A DNA stretch of 64,000 bases from NCBI GenBank assembly GCA_045627385.1, contig JAZQNO010000007.1:28868-92867 (forward strand), written 5' to 3'. The position numbers and the translations under genes are program-made. Numbering within the stretch: the stretch's first letter is position 1; the number at the start of each line of letters is the position of its first letter. Positions 45,078-53,999 of this stretch are shown piece by piece. Below the pieces are notes generated by a model. The model saw only the letters and a list, made by a program, of their open reading frames with translations. It was not told where the DNA came from and did no database searches. The stretch is from Bacteroidales bacterium (GTDB lineage Bacteria; Bacteroidota; Bacteroidia; Bacteroidales; UBA1402).

Positions 45078-47636
45078 ATGAAACCGTTCACTCTATATCT
45101 GACCACCTTTCTCATGCTGCTGTCGGGAGTCTCCTGCTCAGACTGGTCCGACAGTGGAGAAACAAGTGCCGCGCGTTCCAACGACCTGCAGATTATAGCC
45201 CGCAGCAAAGGTTTTGACGAACAGACCGTTTCGACCAAATCGCTGAAGACCGCCGACGAGTCGACAGTGACCAACATGGCACTGTTCGTTTTTGACAGCA
45301 ACGATGCCATAGTCGATTATCAGTTTGTGGAAGGCAGTAAGCCGCTGTTCACCATCGACCGCGACAATCCGCCCTATTCGAATCATACCCAGAGTCTGCT
45401 ACAGAATGCTAAAATCTACATTCTAGCCAATGTGATAACAGACGGCGACTTTGCGACTGTATTCGGTGCATCCACCACCAGCATAAGCAGTCTAGGCCAG
45501 CTGCTGGCCCTGAACTGCCCAGTCACAGGCATCGACCGTCCGCAAATCGGTTTTCCGATGTTCGGTCAGAGAGAGAATCTGGACCTGCGGCTGAAAGCCA
45601 ATTCCACGCTGGCACCGGGTGCAGTCATCGACATCACACTCAACTGCCTGTTTTCCAAGATCGTTTTCAATATTTCGGTAACTCCGGACCAGACATCGGA
45701 AAACATCCAGAAGTTCACACTCGACACCTGGACCGTGCACAACATTCCTGCCGCCGTACAGCTGCTGGAGCCCGACAACAATGCCGAGACCGCCCACTAC
45801 AACAATATTCTTGCGAGCACCTTCACGCGCAGCACCTATACCGGTGCCAACCCCACCCAGCAGAACGGCACCCAGCTTTCGTTCTCGTTCTATATGCCCG
45901 AGCACAAAGTCAATCCGGCCACCAATGCAGCCAATTTTTCCGGCTACCCCTGGGGCCACGATTCACAGTTCGACAGCAACCGCCAGCAATACAAGCCTCT
46001 GCTGCTGGGCACGGCAAAAGAAAATTATGCCACCTATGTGGAAATCAAAGGGCATTACATCGACCACAATACCAAGGAACGCGAAGTCACCTACCGCGTC
46101 TATCTGGGCGAAGACAACTACGAGAACTTCTACATCAGGCGCGACAAGCAGCTCAACAACAACATCACAATAACCGGTATCACCAACAGCAGCCTTCCGG
46201 AGCAGGAAGGCACGGTGTCGTTCGACCACCGCGTGGATGTCCAGCAGAGCAACTACAGGTTTCTGTTGGAACGCGAGACGCTGCTCGATTCGCACTGGGA
46301 AATCCGCCCCATCCGCATTGTACTCGACCACAACCTGCATCCCGATGCCAAGATTCAGATTGAGATTCTCAATCCCAGCACCGCCAACTGGCTGAGGATG
46401 GAAATGCCGTCCAATCCCGGCGGAAGCGAATACTGTGCCGTCAATTCCACAGATCTGGCCTATGGCAAACGCAAGTATTTCACAACCGACTTGGTTACCA
46501 GCACCCTGTCAGGCGGAACGCTTATGGAAATAGAAGCCGACCCGAACAAGGCGGAACACGTCATCTGGATGTACATCGACGAGAACACCACTCTGCCGTC
46601 GACCGACGGCAGCACCACCCGCAACGCCACCGTGCAGTGCCGCTACTACGACGACGGCAACACGGTCGCCCCGCCCGATGTTTCGGAAGACTATGTCTTC
46701 ATGCAGCGCAGCCTGCACCGCATCACCGAGAACGGCCACACCTACTACATCGAATACTTCGAGGAATACCTCTACAACTTCGACTCCAAAGAAAGCTACG
46801 GCACCACCACCGACGGCATGGCCTGGGGGCTGAACGGGCTGGAAATCTCCAGTGAATTTGACGCTGTAGTTAGAGGTGATTTTCATCAGGCTGGAGGTCT
46901 TATTGGTGCTGCCATAATCACCAGTGCCAAAGAAGATATTGATGAAACCATCGAGGAACTGGCATCAACCGCAAAGTACGACTTTTACCTTTCAAGAGAT
47001 AAAAACGATTTTACCGGTTATACCAGCAACCAGTTGAATGTATTGACAATCAATGACTACTCAGGAAAGATGTTCACCAAAAAGATTGCCCAGAAAGCCA
47101 TCAGCAGCAACATCATGTCATCGGCCCTGGCCACCAATGAGACGCCACAAAGTGCCATTGAATATTGTCTGAACAAAAACAAAAGAACTGCAACAGGAGA
47201 AATTGATTTTGAACATTTGACATGGTTTATGCCGTCCATAGACCAGATTGAAGAAATCACGAAAGGAGGCTACTCAGACTTCGAAGTCTTCCAGAACAAG
47301 TTGTACTGGTCCTCACAACCGGCATATAAAAAATATGATTTTGCATTTTCAGGCACATATCAAATCTTATTCACATGCACTTACGGTGAAGAAGGCATCT
47401 TCTTTAATGATCACCCTTCAAGAGCCAGAGCCACAAAGGTTGACGGTCAGAACAGTTATGCCAATATTAAAAGCGGTTCCAGCGGAACTTGGGGAACTTT
47501 AAGCTATTCCCAATCCCAACTCAACACTCCATCAAAGACTGACCCAGTAGACAACGAAAGCAATGTCACTTATGACGAAGGTTGCCTGCTGCGGACGGAC
47601 ATTCACCGCGTAAGGTGCTGCTATAGCACAAATTGA
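45078..47636 (+). CDS. large pilus tip/adhesin-like lipoprotein (DUF4906-like) with a DUF1566/Lcl-like C-terminal module
   Basis: Lipobox LSGVSCS, 852 aa, last gene of the pilus operon. The C-terminal segment LTWFMPSIDQIEEI...KLYWSSQP resembles the W-x-LP-x(3)-E-L / YWSS signature of DUF1566. Confidence 0.65.
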   Translation: MKPFTLYLTTFLMLLSGVSCSDWSDSGETSAARSNDLQIIARSKGFDEQTVSTKSLKTADESTVTNMALFVFDSNDAIVDYQFVEGSKPLFTIDRDNPPYSNHTQSLLQNAKIYILANVITDGDFATVFGASTTSISSLGQLLALNCPVTGIDRPQIGFPMFGQRENLDLRLKANSTLAPGAVIDITLNCLFSKIVFNISVTPDQTSENIQKFTLDTWTVHNIPAAVQLLEPDNNAETAHYNNILASTFTRSTYTGANPTQQNGTQLSFSFYMPEHKVNPATNAANFSGYPWGHDSQFDSNRQQYKPLLLGTAKENYATYVEIKGHYIDHNTKEREVTYRVYLGEDNYENFYIRRDKQLNNNITITGITNSSLPEQEGTVSFDHRVDVQQSNYRFLLERETLLDSHWEIRPIRIVLDHNLHPDAKIQIEILNPSTANWLRMEMPSNPGGSEYCAVNSTDLAYGKRKYFTTDLVTSTLSGGTLMEIEADPNKAEHVIWMYIDENTTLPSTDGSTTRNATVQCRYYDDGNTVAPPDVSEDYVFMQRSLHRITENGHTYYIEYFEEYLYNFDSKESYGTTTDGMAWGLNGLEISSEFDAVVRGDFHQAGGLIGAAIITSAKEDIDETIEELASTAKYDFYLSRDKNDFTGYTSNQLNVLTINDYSGKMFTKKIAQKAISSNIMSSALATNETPQSAIEYCLNKNKRTATGEIDFEHLTWFMPSIDQIEEITKGGYSDFEVFQNKLYWSSQPAYKKYDFAFSGTYQILFTCTYGEEGIFFNDHPSRARATKVDGQNSYANIKSGSSGTWGTLSYSQSQLNTPSKTDPVDNESNVTYDEGCLLRTDIHRVRCCYSTN

Positions 47637-47654
47637 AAGACAGTATACGAAAAA

Positions 47655-47673
47655 GCACCGCTGAGTGCGATGC
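47655..47673. terminator. bidirectional hairpin between the pilus operon and tRNA-Glu
   Basis: GCACCGC-TGAGT-GCGATGC forms a 7-bp stem with one mismatch. It is flanked by AAAAA upstream and TTT downstream, so the U tract is stronger for the minus-strand (tRNA) transcript. Confidence 0.5.
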
Positions 47674-47678
47674 TTTGG

Positions 47679-47754
47679 TGGTAGCGGGTCCGGGATTCGA
47701 ACCCGGGTTTCAGCCTTGAGAGGGCCGCGTCCTAGGCCTCTAGACGAATCCGCC
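47679..47754 (-). tRNA. tRNA-Glu (anticodon CUC), 76 nt, CCA encoded
   Basis: Hand-folded cloverleaf: GGCGGAU-UC-GUCU-AGAGGCCUA-GGAC-G-CGGCC-CUCUCAA-GGCUG-AAAC-CCGGG-UUCGAAU-CCCGG-ACCCGCU-A-CCA. It has a Glu-type D-arm and a 4-nt variable loop. The acceptor stem has G1.U72 and an A6/C67 mismatch. Confidence 0.8.
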
Positions 47755-47774
47755 GGCCTGTTTTGTTTTCGGCG

Positions 47775-47782
47775 CAAAGGTA
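47775..47782 (-). promoter_or_regulatory. -7 box TACCTTTG for tRNA-Glu
   Basis: Exact TAnnTTTG match on the minus strand, about 20 nt upstream of the tRNA 5' end. Confidence 0.55.
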
Positions 47783-47814
47783 GTGATTTGTTTGATATTG
47801 CCAAGGGGCCGAGC

Positions 47815-47837
47815 AAAAAAAATCTTCCGCCCGGAAG
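47815..47837 (-). terminator. intrinsic terminator after the 363-aa gene
   Basis: Minus-strand CUUCC-GGGC-GGAAG (5-bp stem) followed by A and then 8 U. It begins 7 nt after the stop codon. Confidence 0.55.
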
Positions 47838-47843
47838 CATTCC

Positions 47844-48935
47844 TCAGCGGTACAGACAGCAGGATTCGAAAAAGAACCCCACCGAAACCTGGAAGCAAAG
47901 GCCATCGAGTAAATCGTTGAAATGCGCGTAAGTGACCCCGCAGCGGACCCTCATGAAATCGTCAGACTTTTCCTTCTCATACGAAAGCAAGTCGTAGGTC
48001 GTCGAATAACGGATACGCCAGTCGATGCCGGCCACCGGCATGAACGACGCCTTCGTCAAGCCATTGTCGGTATATTCCATCAAGGAATAATTCAAATACG
48101 AAACACCCGCAAAAGGCACTGCCGACAAAGTCGAAGTCAGATTGATCCGATAGCCGTATGTCAGGTCCACATTGCAATCGAAAAAGCGTTCATTTTCCTG
48201 CCAGGCGTTCAGTTCATACTCCTTATTCAAATTGGAATAGCCCATCCGCACAGCCACATTCAAATCGTGATTCTTGAAAATGAAACCGAAATCTGCATCG
48301 AGCAGCACCGCCGGTTTGAAATAGGACGACAGGCTGCCGACAAAACCCTGCACAGCCAGGCCCAATCCGCTGGTCACCGAAGCCTTTTCCTCAAAAATGG
48401 CCGATGGAACCGCCGTCTTCGGTTCAGACGGCGACTTTTTCAGCTGTTCGGCCACCATTTCCTCCCAGGCCTCCATCGCTTCCGCATCGCGTCCGCAATC
48501 CGTGGCCATTTCACATGTGTCCAACATCAGCGCACAAGACTCCAGCACCTCGTTCAACAAATCGTTCACCCGATAATCGGCACACTGGTCCAGCCAGGTC
48601 TGCAGTTCGCGGCGGTAACACTCCACCAGATCGAACAGCAGCTGATTGTAGCGCAATTCCATGTCGTGCATATTGCGCTCGTTCACCCAAGACTGGCTGC
48701 AATTCATACAGGCCGTGGCAAAACGCCGCAACAGCGTGGTGTCGCCCATTTCGACCACATCCTCGTAAAAGTTGAGCGAATAGCAGAAATAGGAAGGCGC
48801 CTCCGAATCCCGCACCTGTTGGAAATCGTCCCAGGTCAAAGGACCTTTGTCCCAAGTCCGGAGCATTTCCTGTGCCTCAATCCGGAACGACACCGACAAC
48901 AGTGTCAGAAAAGCCAACAGTAACCTGCACTTCAT
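47844..48935 (-). CDS. hypothetical secreted protein (helical Cys-rich N-domain plus beta-barrel-like C-domain)
   Basis: Signal peptide MKCRLLLAFLTLLSVSFRIEAQ. The C-terminal half has an alternating strand pattern. It lies 4 nt downstream of the ManC-like gene. I recognise no family. Confidence 0.55.
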   Translation of the reverse strand: MKCRLLLAFLTLLSVSFRIEAQEMLRTWDKGPLTWDDFQQVRDSEAPSYFCYSLNFYEDVVEMGDTTLLRRFATACMNCSQSWVNERNMHDMELRYNQLLFDLVECYRRELQTWLDQCADYRVNDLLNEVLESCALMLDTCEMATDCGRDAEAMEAWEEMVAEQLKKSPSEPKTAVPSAIFEEKASVTSGLGLAVQGFVGSLSSYFKPAVLLDADFGFIFKNHDLNVAVRMGYSNLNKEYELNAWQENERFFDCNVDLTYGYRINLTSTLSAVPFAGVSYLNYSLMEYTDNGLTKASFMPVAGIDWRIRYSTTYDLLSYEKEKSDDFMRVRCGVTYAHFNDLLDGLCFQVSVGFFFESCCLYR

Positions 48936-48939
48936 ACTC

Positions 48940-50298
48940 CTACCACTCCCACGAAAAACGTTCGATATCTTCTTCCACCAGCTGGTCGCCCGTCTGCACC
49001 TCGATAAACTGCAGATCGGTCAGCGCCCGGATGGCGTGGAACTGGCCCTTGCGGATATGCACCACATCGCCACGGCCCACGCGCGAGACCTCGCCGTCGA
49101 GCACCAGCAGGCCTTCGCCATCGACAAAAGTCCAGACCTCGTCGCGGTGGCGGTGCACCTGGTAGCTGATGTTCTTGCCCGCCTTGACCGTCAGATTCTT
49201 GGTCAAAGAACGATATCCGTCGTCGTAAGTGACCGAGTCGATGACGCGGTAGACGCCCCAGCGTCTTTCCTCGTACATCGGCCGGCTGATGAGTTTGTCG
49301 GCATATTCCTTCACACTTTCCGAAGTCTGTTTGGCACTCACCAGAATGCCGTCCGGGCTGGCAGCCACTACGGCACCGTTCAGTCCGTCCACAAAAATCG
49401 GCATCGACAGTTCGTTGATAACCTGCGTATTGACATTGTTCGGGCCATAGACCACATTGCCCAGGCCCGACTCGGGAAACTTTTCGGCCAGCAGGCTCCA
49501 AGTGCCCAGGTCCTGCCATTTGCCCGGGAAAACGAGCACAGCGGCGGAAGAAGCCTTGGCAGCCACTTCGTCGTCGAAACTGAGTCTGGGAAATTCAGAG
49601 AAACGCGCCCGCACACCTTCGTAGGTATCGGCCTTCACATAACGCTCCGACCATTCCTGCAGATAGGATAGACGGAACGCGAAGACACCGCAGTTCCACA
49701 GAGCGCCCTGAGCCATGAGTTGCGCGGCTTCTTCGGTGGAAGGTTTTTCCTTGAAACGGCTCACTTTATGGAGCCGATACGATACGCCGGAGTGGCCCGA
49801 AGCCTCCTCCGTCGAAGGCACGATGTAGCCGAACTTGGTGGAAGGACGCTCGGCGGGAACCCCCATCAGCACCAGATCGGCGCAACGGTTTTCCACTATG
49901 GCCATCATCTGACGGAGCGCCTCGAAATAGTCGCTGTCCACATAGGGGTCGCAAGGCATCACCAGTACCGTTTCGTCGGGAGCACAACGCTTTTCCTTCG
50001 ACAGATAATTGACAGCCAGACAGACAGCCGGGAAAGTGTGCCTCCGCTCGGGTTCAGTGACCAGAGAAATCTGTTCGCCCAGCTGATTCACCAGAATGTC
50101 GCGCTGCGACAGATTGGTGGCCACCGTGATGTCGTCGGTCAGCGCAGATTCGCGCACCTGACGCACCACCCGCTGCACCATCGATTCGCGACGGCCCTCG
50201 GGAGTGGCCAGCAGAGGAAGAAATTGTTTGGAACGGGTTTCGTTTGACAGAGGCCAGAGCCGCTTGCCCGAACCGCCGGAGAGCAATATCAGTTTCAT
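48940..50298 (-). CDS. mannose-1-phosphate guanylyltransferase-like NDP-sugar pyrophosphorylase with a C-terminal cupin (type II PMI-GMP architecture)
   Basis: N-terminal LLSGGSGKRLWPLS. The C-terminal cupin contains SYQVHRHRDEVWTFVDGEG...FHAIRA. Confidence 0.8.
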   Translation of the reverse strand: MKLILLSGGSGKRLWPLSNETRSKQFLPLLATPEGRRESMVQRVVRQVRESALTDDITVATNLSQRDILVNQLGEQISLVTEPERRHTFPAVCLAVNYLSKEKRCAPDETVLVMPCDPYVDSDYFEALRQMMAIVENRCADLVLMGVPAERPSTKFGYIVPSTEEASGHSGVSYRLHKVSRFKEKPSTEEAAQLMAQGALWNCGVFAFRLSYLQEWSERYVKADTYEGVRARFSEFPRLSFDDEVAAKASSAAVLVFPGKWQDLGTWSLLAEKFPESGLGNVVYGPNNVNTQVINELSMPIFVDGLNGAVVAASPDGILVSAKQTSESVKEYADKLISRPMYEERRWGVYRVIDSVTYDDGYRSLTKNLTVKAGKNISYQVHRHRDEVWTFVDGEGLLVLDGEVSRVGRGDVVHIRKGQFHAIRALTDLQFIEVQTGDQLVEEDIERFSWEW

Positions 50299-50301
50299 AG
50301 T

Positions 50302-51198
50302 TCAAGAACGTTTCTTAGGGTCGAAATACCAAATCTGCCAGCTGTTGAACAGATTCTGCCAGACGCTGTAGAAAGCCATGAAGACAGCCGACAGCGGATC
50401 GAGGAATGTGTTGGACATCCAGATGCCCATGGCCGAATTCTTCTGTCCGAGCAACTGTCCGCCCGCCATACGGTCGCCGAAACGGCCTCCGATGAGCTTG
50501 CCCAGACCGAACTGCAAGGCGCATGCCAGCACCGACAGGACCGCCAGCCAGACAATGGCCGACACGTTTCCCTCCCAGTGGGCGAACACATAGTCGATGG
50601 TCTTGCCGAAAGTGAGAAACAGGGCGAAAGCCCACAGGTAGAAAGAAGCGCCTTTGAAGCGCGCGATGGAATCGTTGAGCCGGGGCCACAGCCGTTGAAG
50701 CAGCAGCACCAGAAAGAACGGAATGCCGATGATGCAGACAATCTTTTTGAAAATCAGCCAAAAGGACATCAAGAACGGCATATCCTGATGATTGCCGACA
50801 AAAGAAAAGAAAATCGGCGCCACCAGACAGACCATCAGATTGCCCATCATCGAATAGGTGGTCACCAGACGGCGGTCGGCGCCGAGCATGCAGGCCACCA
50901 CCGGCACCGAAGCCGCCACCGGACAGATGATGCCGAGCATCAGTCCTTGCGCCACAGGCTCGGCGCCGCCCAGCCACTTGACCAGGAAATAGCCCAGCAG
51001 ACTCACCGCAATCTGAAAACTCATCAGAATGACGTCGAGCCAGCCCGGACGCAAAGTCTTCAGACGGACAGCCGAAAAGTTGAGCACCAGAATGGCGAAA
51101 ATGAGGTATGGGACAAAGCCGTTGACGCAGGCGCACCAACGGTGAAGCAGCAATCCCAGCAGGATGGCGGAAGGGAGCACCAAACTTCGTTTGTTCAT
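50302..51198 (-). CDS. polytopic membrane transporter, BASS/SBF-like
   Basis: 298 aa with about 9-10 TM segments. GLMLGIICPVAASVPVVACMLGAD resembles the BASS core motif. The family call is tentative. Confidence 0.55.
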   Translation of the reverse strand: MNKRSLVLPSAILLGLLLHRWCACVNGFVPYLIFAILVLNFSAVRLKTLRPGWLDVILMSFQIAVSLLGYFLVKWLGGAEPVAQGLMLGIICPVAASVPVVACMLGADRRLVTTYSMMGNLMVCLVAPIFFSFVGNHQDMPFLMSFWLIFKKIVCIIGIPFFLVLLLQRLWPRLNDSIARFKGASFYLWAFALFLTFGKTIDYVFAHWEGNVSAIVWLAVLSVLACALQFGLGKLIGGRFGDRMAGGQLLGQKNSAMGIWMSNTFLDPLSAVFMAFYSVWQNLFNSWQIWYFDPKKRS

Positions 51199-51237
51199 TG
51201 TCCTCTAATCTTCAAATGGCGTATCGTCAGACGGCCA

Positions 51238-52254
51238 TCAGTCGCCGTAGCCGTTGGGATTGTTTTTCTGCCAGTTCCACGAATCGCGGCACATTTCCTC
51301 GATGCCGAACTCAGCCTTCCAGCCCAGTTCGCGGCAAGCCTTGGCCGGGTCGGAATAGCAGGTGGCTATATCGCCGGCCCGACGCGGTTTGATGCTGTAA
51401 GGCACCTTCACGCCGTTGGCCTTTTCGAAAGCCTTCACCACATCCAGTACCGAATAGCCGTGGCCCGTACCCAAGTTGTATATGGCCAGTCCGCAAGTCG
51501 AGCGGATAGCCTTGAGGGCTGCCACATGTCCGCGTGCCAGATCGACCACGTGGATATAGTCGCGCACGCCCGTTCCGTCGGGTGTGTCATAGTCGTTGCC
51601 GAAGACACCCAACTCGGCCCGTTTGCCCACCGCCACCTGAGTGATGTAGGGCATCAGATTGTTGGGAATGCCGTTGGGGTCCTCGCCCATCGTGCCGCTG
51701 GCGTGCGCGCCGATGGGGTTGAAATAACGCAACAGCACCACATTCCACTGCGGATCGGCCTTTTGAATGTCCATCAAAATCTCCTCCAGCATGCTTTTGG
51801 TCTGGCCGTATGGATTGGTGCAGCGGCCTTTGGGGCACTCTTCCGTGATGGGAATCTGAGCCGGATTGCCGTATACGGTGGCCGAAGAAGAAAAGATGAT
51901 GTTCTTGCAGCCGTGGCGTCGCATCACATCGAGCAACACCAGCGTACCGCCGATGTTGTTCTCGTAATATTCATAAGGTTTGGCCACGCTCTCGCCTACC
52001 GCCTTCAGACCGGCGAAATGGATGCAGGCATCGAAACGGTGCGTCGCGAAAACCTTTTCCAAACCTTCCTTATCGCGGATATCCACCTGATAGAAAGGCA
52101 CTTCCTTGCCGATGATACGGGCCACCCGACGCAAGGATTCGGGTTTCGAATTGCAGAGATTGTCCACCACGCAGACCTCGTGTCCGGCCTGCGACAATTC
52201 TATAAGGGTATGGGATCCGATGTAGCCGGCTCCTCCTGTTACGAGAATGTTCAT
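51238..52254 (-). CDS. galE: UDP-glucose 4-epimerase
   Basis: Start trimmed to [15 protein letters not shown] (ATG 52254), giving 338 aa. Has the YxxxK region and a C-terminal [19 protein letters not shown] typical of GalE. Confidence 0.9.
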   Translation of the reverse strand: MNILVTGGAGYIGSHTLIELSQAGHEVCVVDNLCNSKPESLRRVARIIGKEVPFYQVDIRDKEGLEKVFATHRFDACIHFAGLKAVGESVAKPYEYYENNIGGTLVLLDVMRRHGCKNIIFSSSATVYGNPAQIPITEECPKGRCTNPYGQTKSMLEEILMDIQKADPQWNVVLLRYFNPIGAHASGTMGEDPNGIPNNLMPYITQVAVGKRAELGVFGNDYDTPDGTGVRDYIHVVDLARGHVAALKAIRSTCGLAIYNLGTGHGYSVLDVVKAFEKANGVKVPYSIKPRRAGDIATCYSDPAKACRELGWKAEFGIEEMCRDSWNWQKNNPNGYGD

Positions 52255-52256
52255 GA

Positions 52257-53084
52257 TTACAAGTCTTTTATGTCTGGAACGAAAGAGGGAATGTGCAGAA
52301 TTTCCGTTTTGAAGAGATTGCGCGCATGCATGCGGTCGATTTTCTCTCTGACCGCCTCGTTGGGACAGATGCCTTCGCGGATATAGCGGTCGAGTGTTTC
52401 GTAGGTGAAACCGAATTTCTGCTCGTCGCTGCAGGAATGGGGCAAACCGTCGTCGGGCGTCTTGTCCACCCACTCGGAGGGAAGGTCCATTTCGTGGCCG
52501 ATGGCACGGATTTCGCGGACGCAAAGCTTGCCGAGCGGCGAAAAAGAACCGGCAGCGTCTCCGAACAGCGTGGCATAGCCGATGTAGTCCTCGCTCAGAT
52601 TGCAGGTGTTGGCCACCATTCCGTTGAGACTCTGGGCCACGGCATAAAGGACGGTCATACGGATACGCGGGGGAATGTTCTGCAAGGTCTGCACAGAGAA
52701 GCCCTCGGGGCATCCGGCTTCGGCCAGCAGTTTCCCTTGTTGGCGGAAAGCGGTTTCCATAGAGCCGATGGGAACGCAAAGATAACGTATGCCCAGGAAA
52801 CGGCAGATTTCATCGGCCTGATTCAGGCTCTGTCCGTCGGCAGGCATGGCCACTCCCACGACCCGCTCGCAGCCGAGCGCTGCAGCGCAGAGAGCGGCCG
52901 CAACCGTGCTGTCCTTGCCTCCGCTCATGCCCAAAACGGCGCAGGCCTGCGGACCGTTCCGGTCGAACCAGTCACGTATCCAGGCCACACACTCTTCTTT
53001 CAAACGATGCGCATTCATCTGTCTGTTGCCATTTGATTGTTGCATACAAAGTTCGCAAATTTCCCGAAATAAATCATTTTTCAT
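52257..53084 (-). CDS. nadE: ammonia-dependent NAD+ synthetase
   Basis: PP-loop [10 protein letters not shown], 275 aa, and a 2-nt gap before galE. Confidence 0.85.
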   Translation of the reverse strand: MKNDLFREICELCMQQSNGNRQMNAHRLKEECVAWIRDWFDRNGPQACAVLGMSGGKDSTVAAALCAAALGCERVVGVAMPADGQSLNQADEICRFLGIRYLCVPIGSMETAFRQQGKLLAEAGCPEGFSVQTLQNIPPRIRMTVLYAVAQSLNGMVANTCNLSEDYIGYATLFGDAAGSFSPLGKLCVREIRAIGHEMDLPSEWVDKTPDDGLPHSCSDEQKFGFTYETLDRYIREGICPNEAVREKIDRMHARNLFKTEILHIPSFVPDIKDL

Positions 53085-53124
53085 GTCACGTTTTCTGAAG
53101 TTTTGCCTCTATGTAGGAAAATGT

Positions 53125-53132
53125 TATCTTTG
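53125..53132 (+). promoter_or_regulatory. -7 box TATCTTTG for the OMP gene
   Basis: Exact TAnnTTTG match 68 nt upstream of the ATG at 53200. Confidence 0.45.
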
Positions 53133-53199
53133 CACGCTTATTCAATCATACATATTTATTCACCACTTTTTCATTCATTCAATTTAAAACCAAACCGTT

Positions 53200-53859
53200 A
53201 TGAAGAAATTTTTTGCTTTTGCAGCCGCTTTCGCCGTATGCATGGCCGCCAGTGCCCAACTCAGTGTCGGTATCAATTACCTCAACCAGAGCATCAATGG
53301 CTCGTCAACCTTAAAGGGTAGCAGCACTGAAATCACTTCCGATCCCGTCAAGATGAACGGTACGGCTCTGTTTGCCGCATACGATTTCGCCATCAACGAT
53401 CTGCTGGGTGTTCAGGCTGGTATCCAGTTCTCCTACAGTTTCAAGACTGACGAATCCGAACTTCTCGGTACCACCACTACCGTCAAAAGCAACACCGAAT
53501 ATCTGAGCATCCCCGTCTATGCAAAGGTCGGTTGCAACCTGACCGACGACATCAGAGTCTTCGCTTTCGCAGGTCCGGAATTCAACTACGCACTGGCTGG
53601 CAACACCAACAAAACCATTAAAACCTCTCTCGGTTCAACTTCGACCGACACCGATTGGTTCGATCAGACTGGCAAGACCTACCATAAGAAATTCAACATC
53701 GGCCTGGGCCTGGGTCTGGGTGTCGACTATCAGGCTTATCGCCTCACCTTCGGCTATCATCCCCAGCTGACCAACACCATGACCTTCGACGAGAACATCT
53801 ACGATTCCAACAAGGAGAAGACCAACACCTTGAGCGTCGGCATCGCCTATCTGTTCTAA
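53200..53859 (+). CDS. small outer-membrane beta-barrel protein (OmpW/porin-like family)
   Basis: Signal peptide ...AASAQ, alternating beta-strand pattern, and a C-terminal GIAYLF. Confidence 0.75.
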   Translation: MKKFFAFAAAFAVCMAASAQLSVGINYLNQSINGSSTLKGSSTEITSDPVKMNGTALFAAYDFAINDLLGVQAGIQFSYSFKTDESELLGTTTTVKSNTEYLSIPVYAKVGCNLTDDIRVFAFAGPEFNYALAGNTNKTIKTSLGSTSTDTDWFDQTGKTYHKKFNIGLGLGLGVDYQAYRLTFGYHPQLTNTMTFDENIYDSNKEKTNTLSVGIAYLF

Positions 53860-53885
53860 GTTTCCGTCTCAGACAAAATTAAAAG

Positions 53886-53913
53886 GAGTGGCCTCACAGC
53901 CACTCTTTTTTTT
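53886..53913 (+). terminator. intrinsic terminator of the OMP gene
   Basis: GAGTGGC-CTCACA-GCCACTC (7-bp stem) followed by 8 T. Confidence 0.8.
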
Positions 53914-53940
53914 ATTAGATCATCAGCCCCGTTCCGATGA

Positions 53941-53974
53941 CAAAAGAAGCCCGGCCAAACTTGACCGGGCTTCG
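53941..53974 (-). terminator. intrinsic terminator of the adk-cupin operon
   Basis: 9-bp stem GAAGCCCGG / CCGGGCTTC with a 10-nt loop. On the minus strand it is followed by UUUUG. Confidence 0.6.
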
Positions 53975-53999
53975 CATATTCCGTTTGACGACACTATGG

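Noticed and set aside
38011-47843. The pilus operon as a tRNA-targeted genomic island
   Set aside because: It is adjacent to tRNA-Glu, but there is no integrase, no repeat of the tRNA 3' end at the far boundary, and no obvious composition shift by eye.
50295-51139. Overlapping alternative-frame ORFs (50315-51139 and 50295-50741) within the transporter gene
   Set aside because: They are on the same strand but off-frame, with Arg/Gly/Ala-rich translations. The 298-aa frame gives a coherent polytopic membrane protein.
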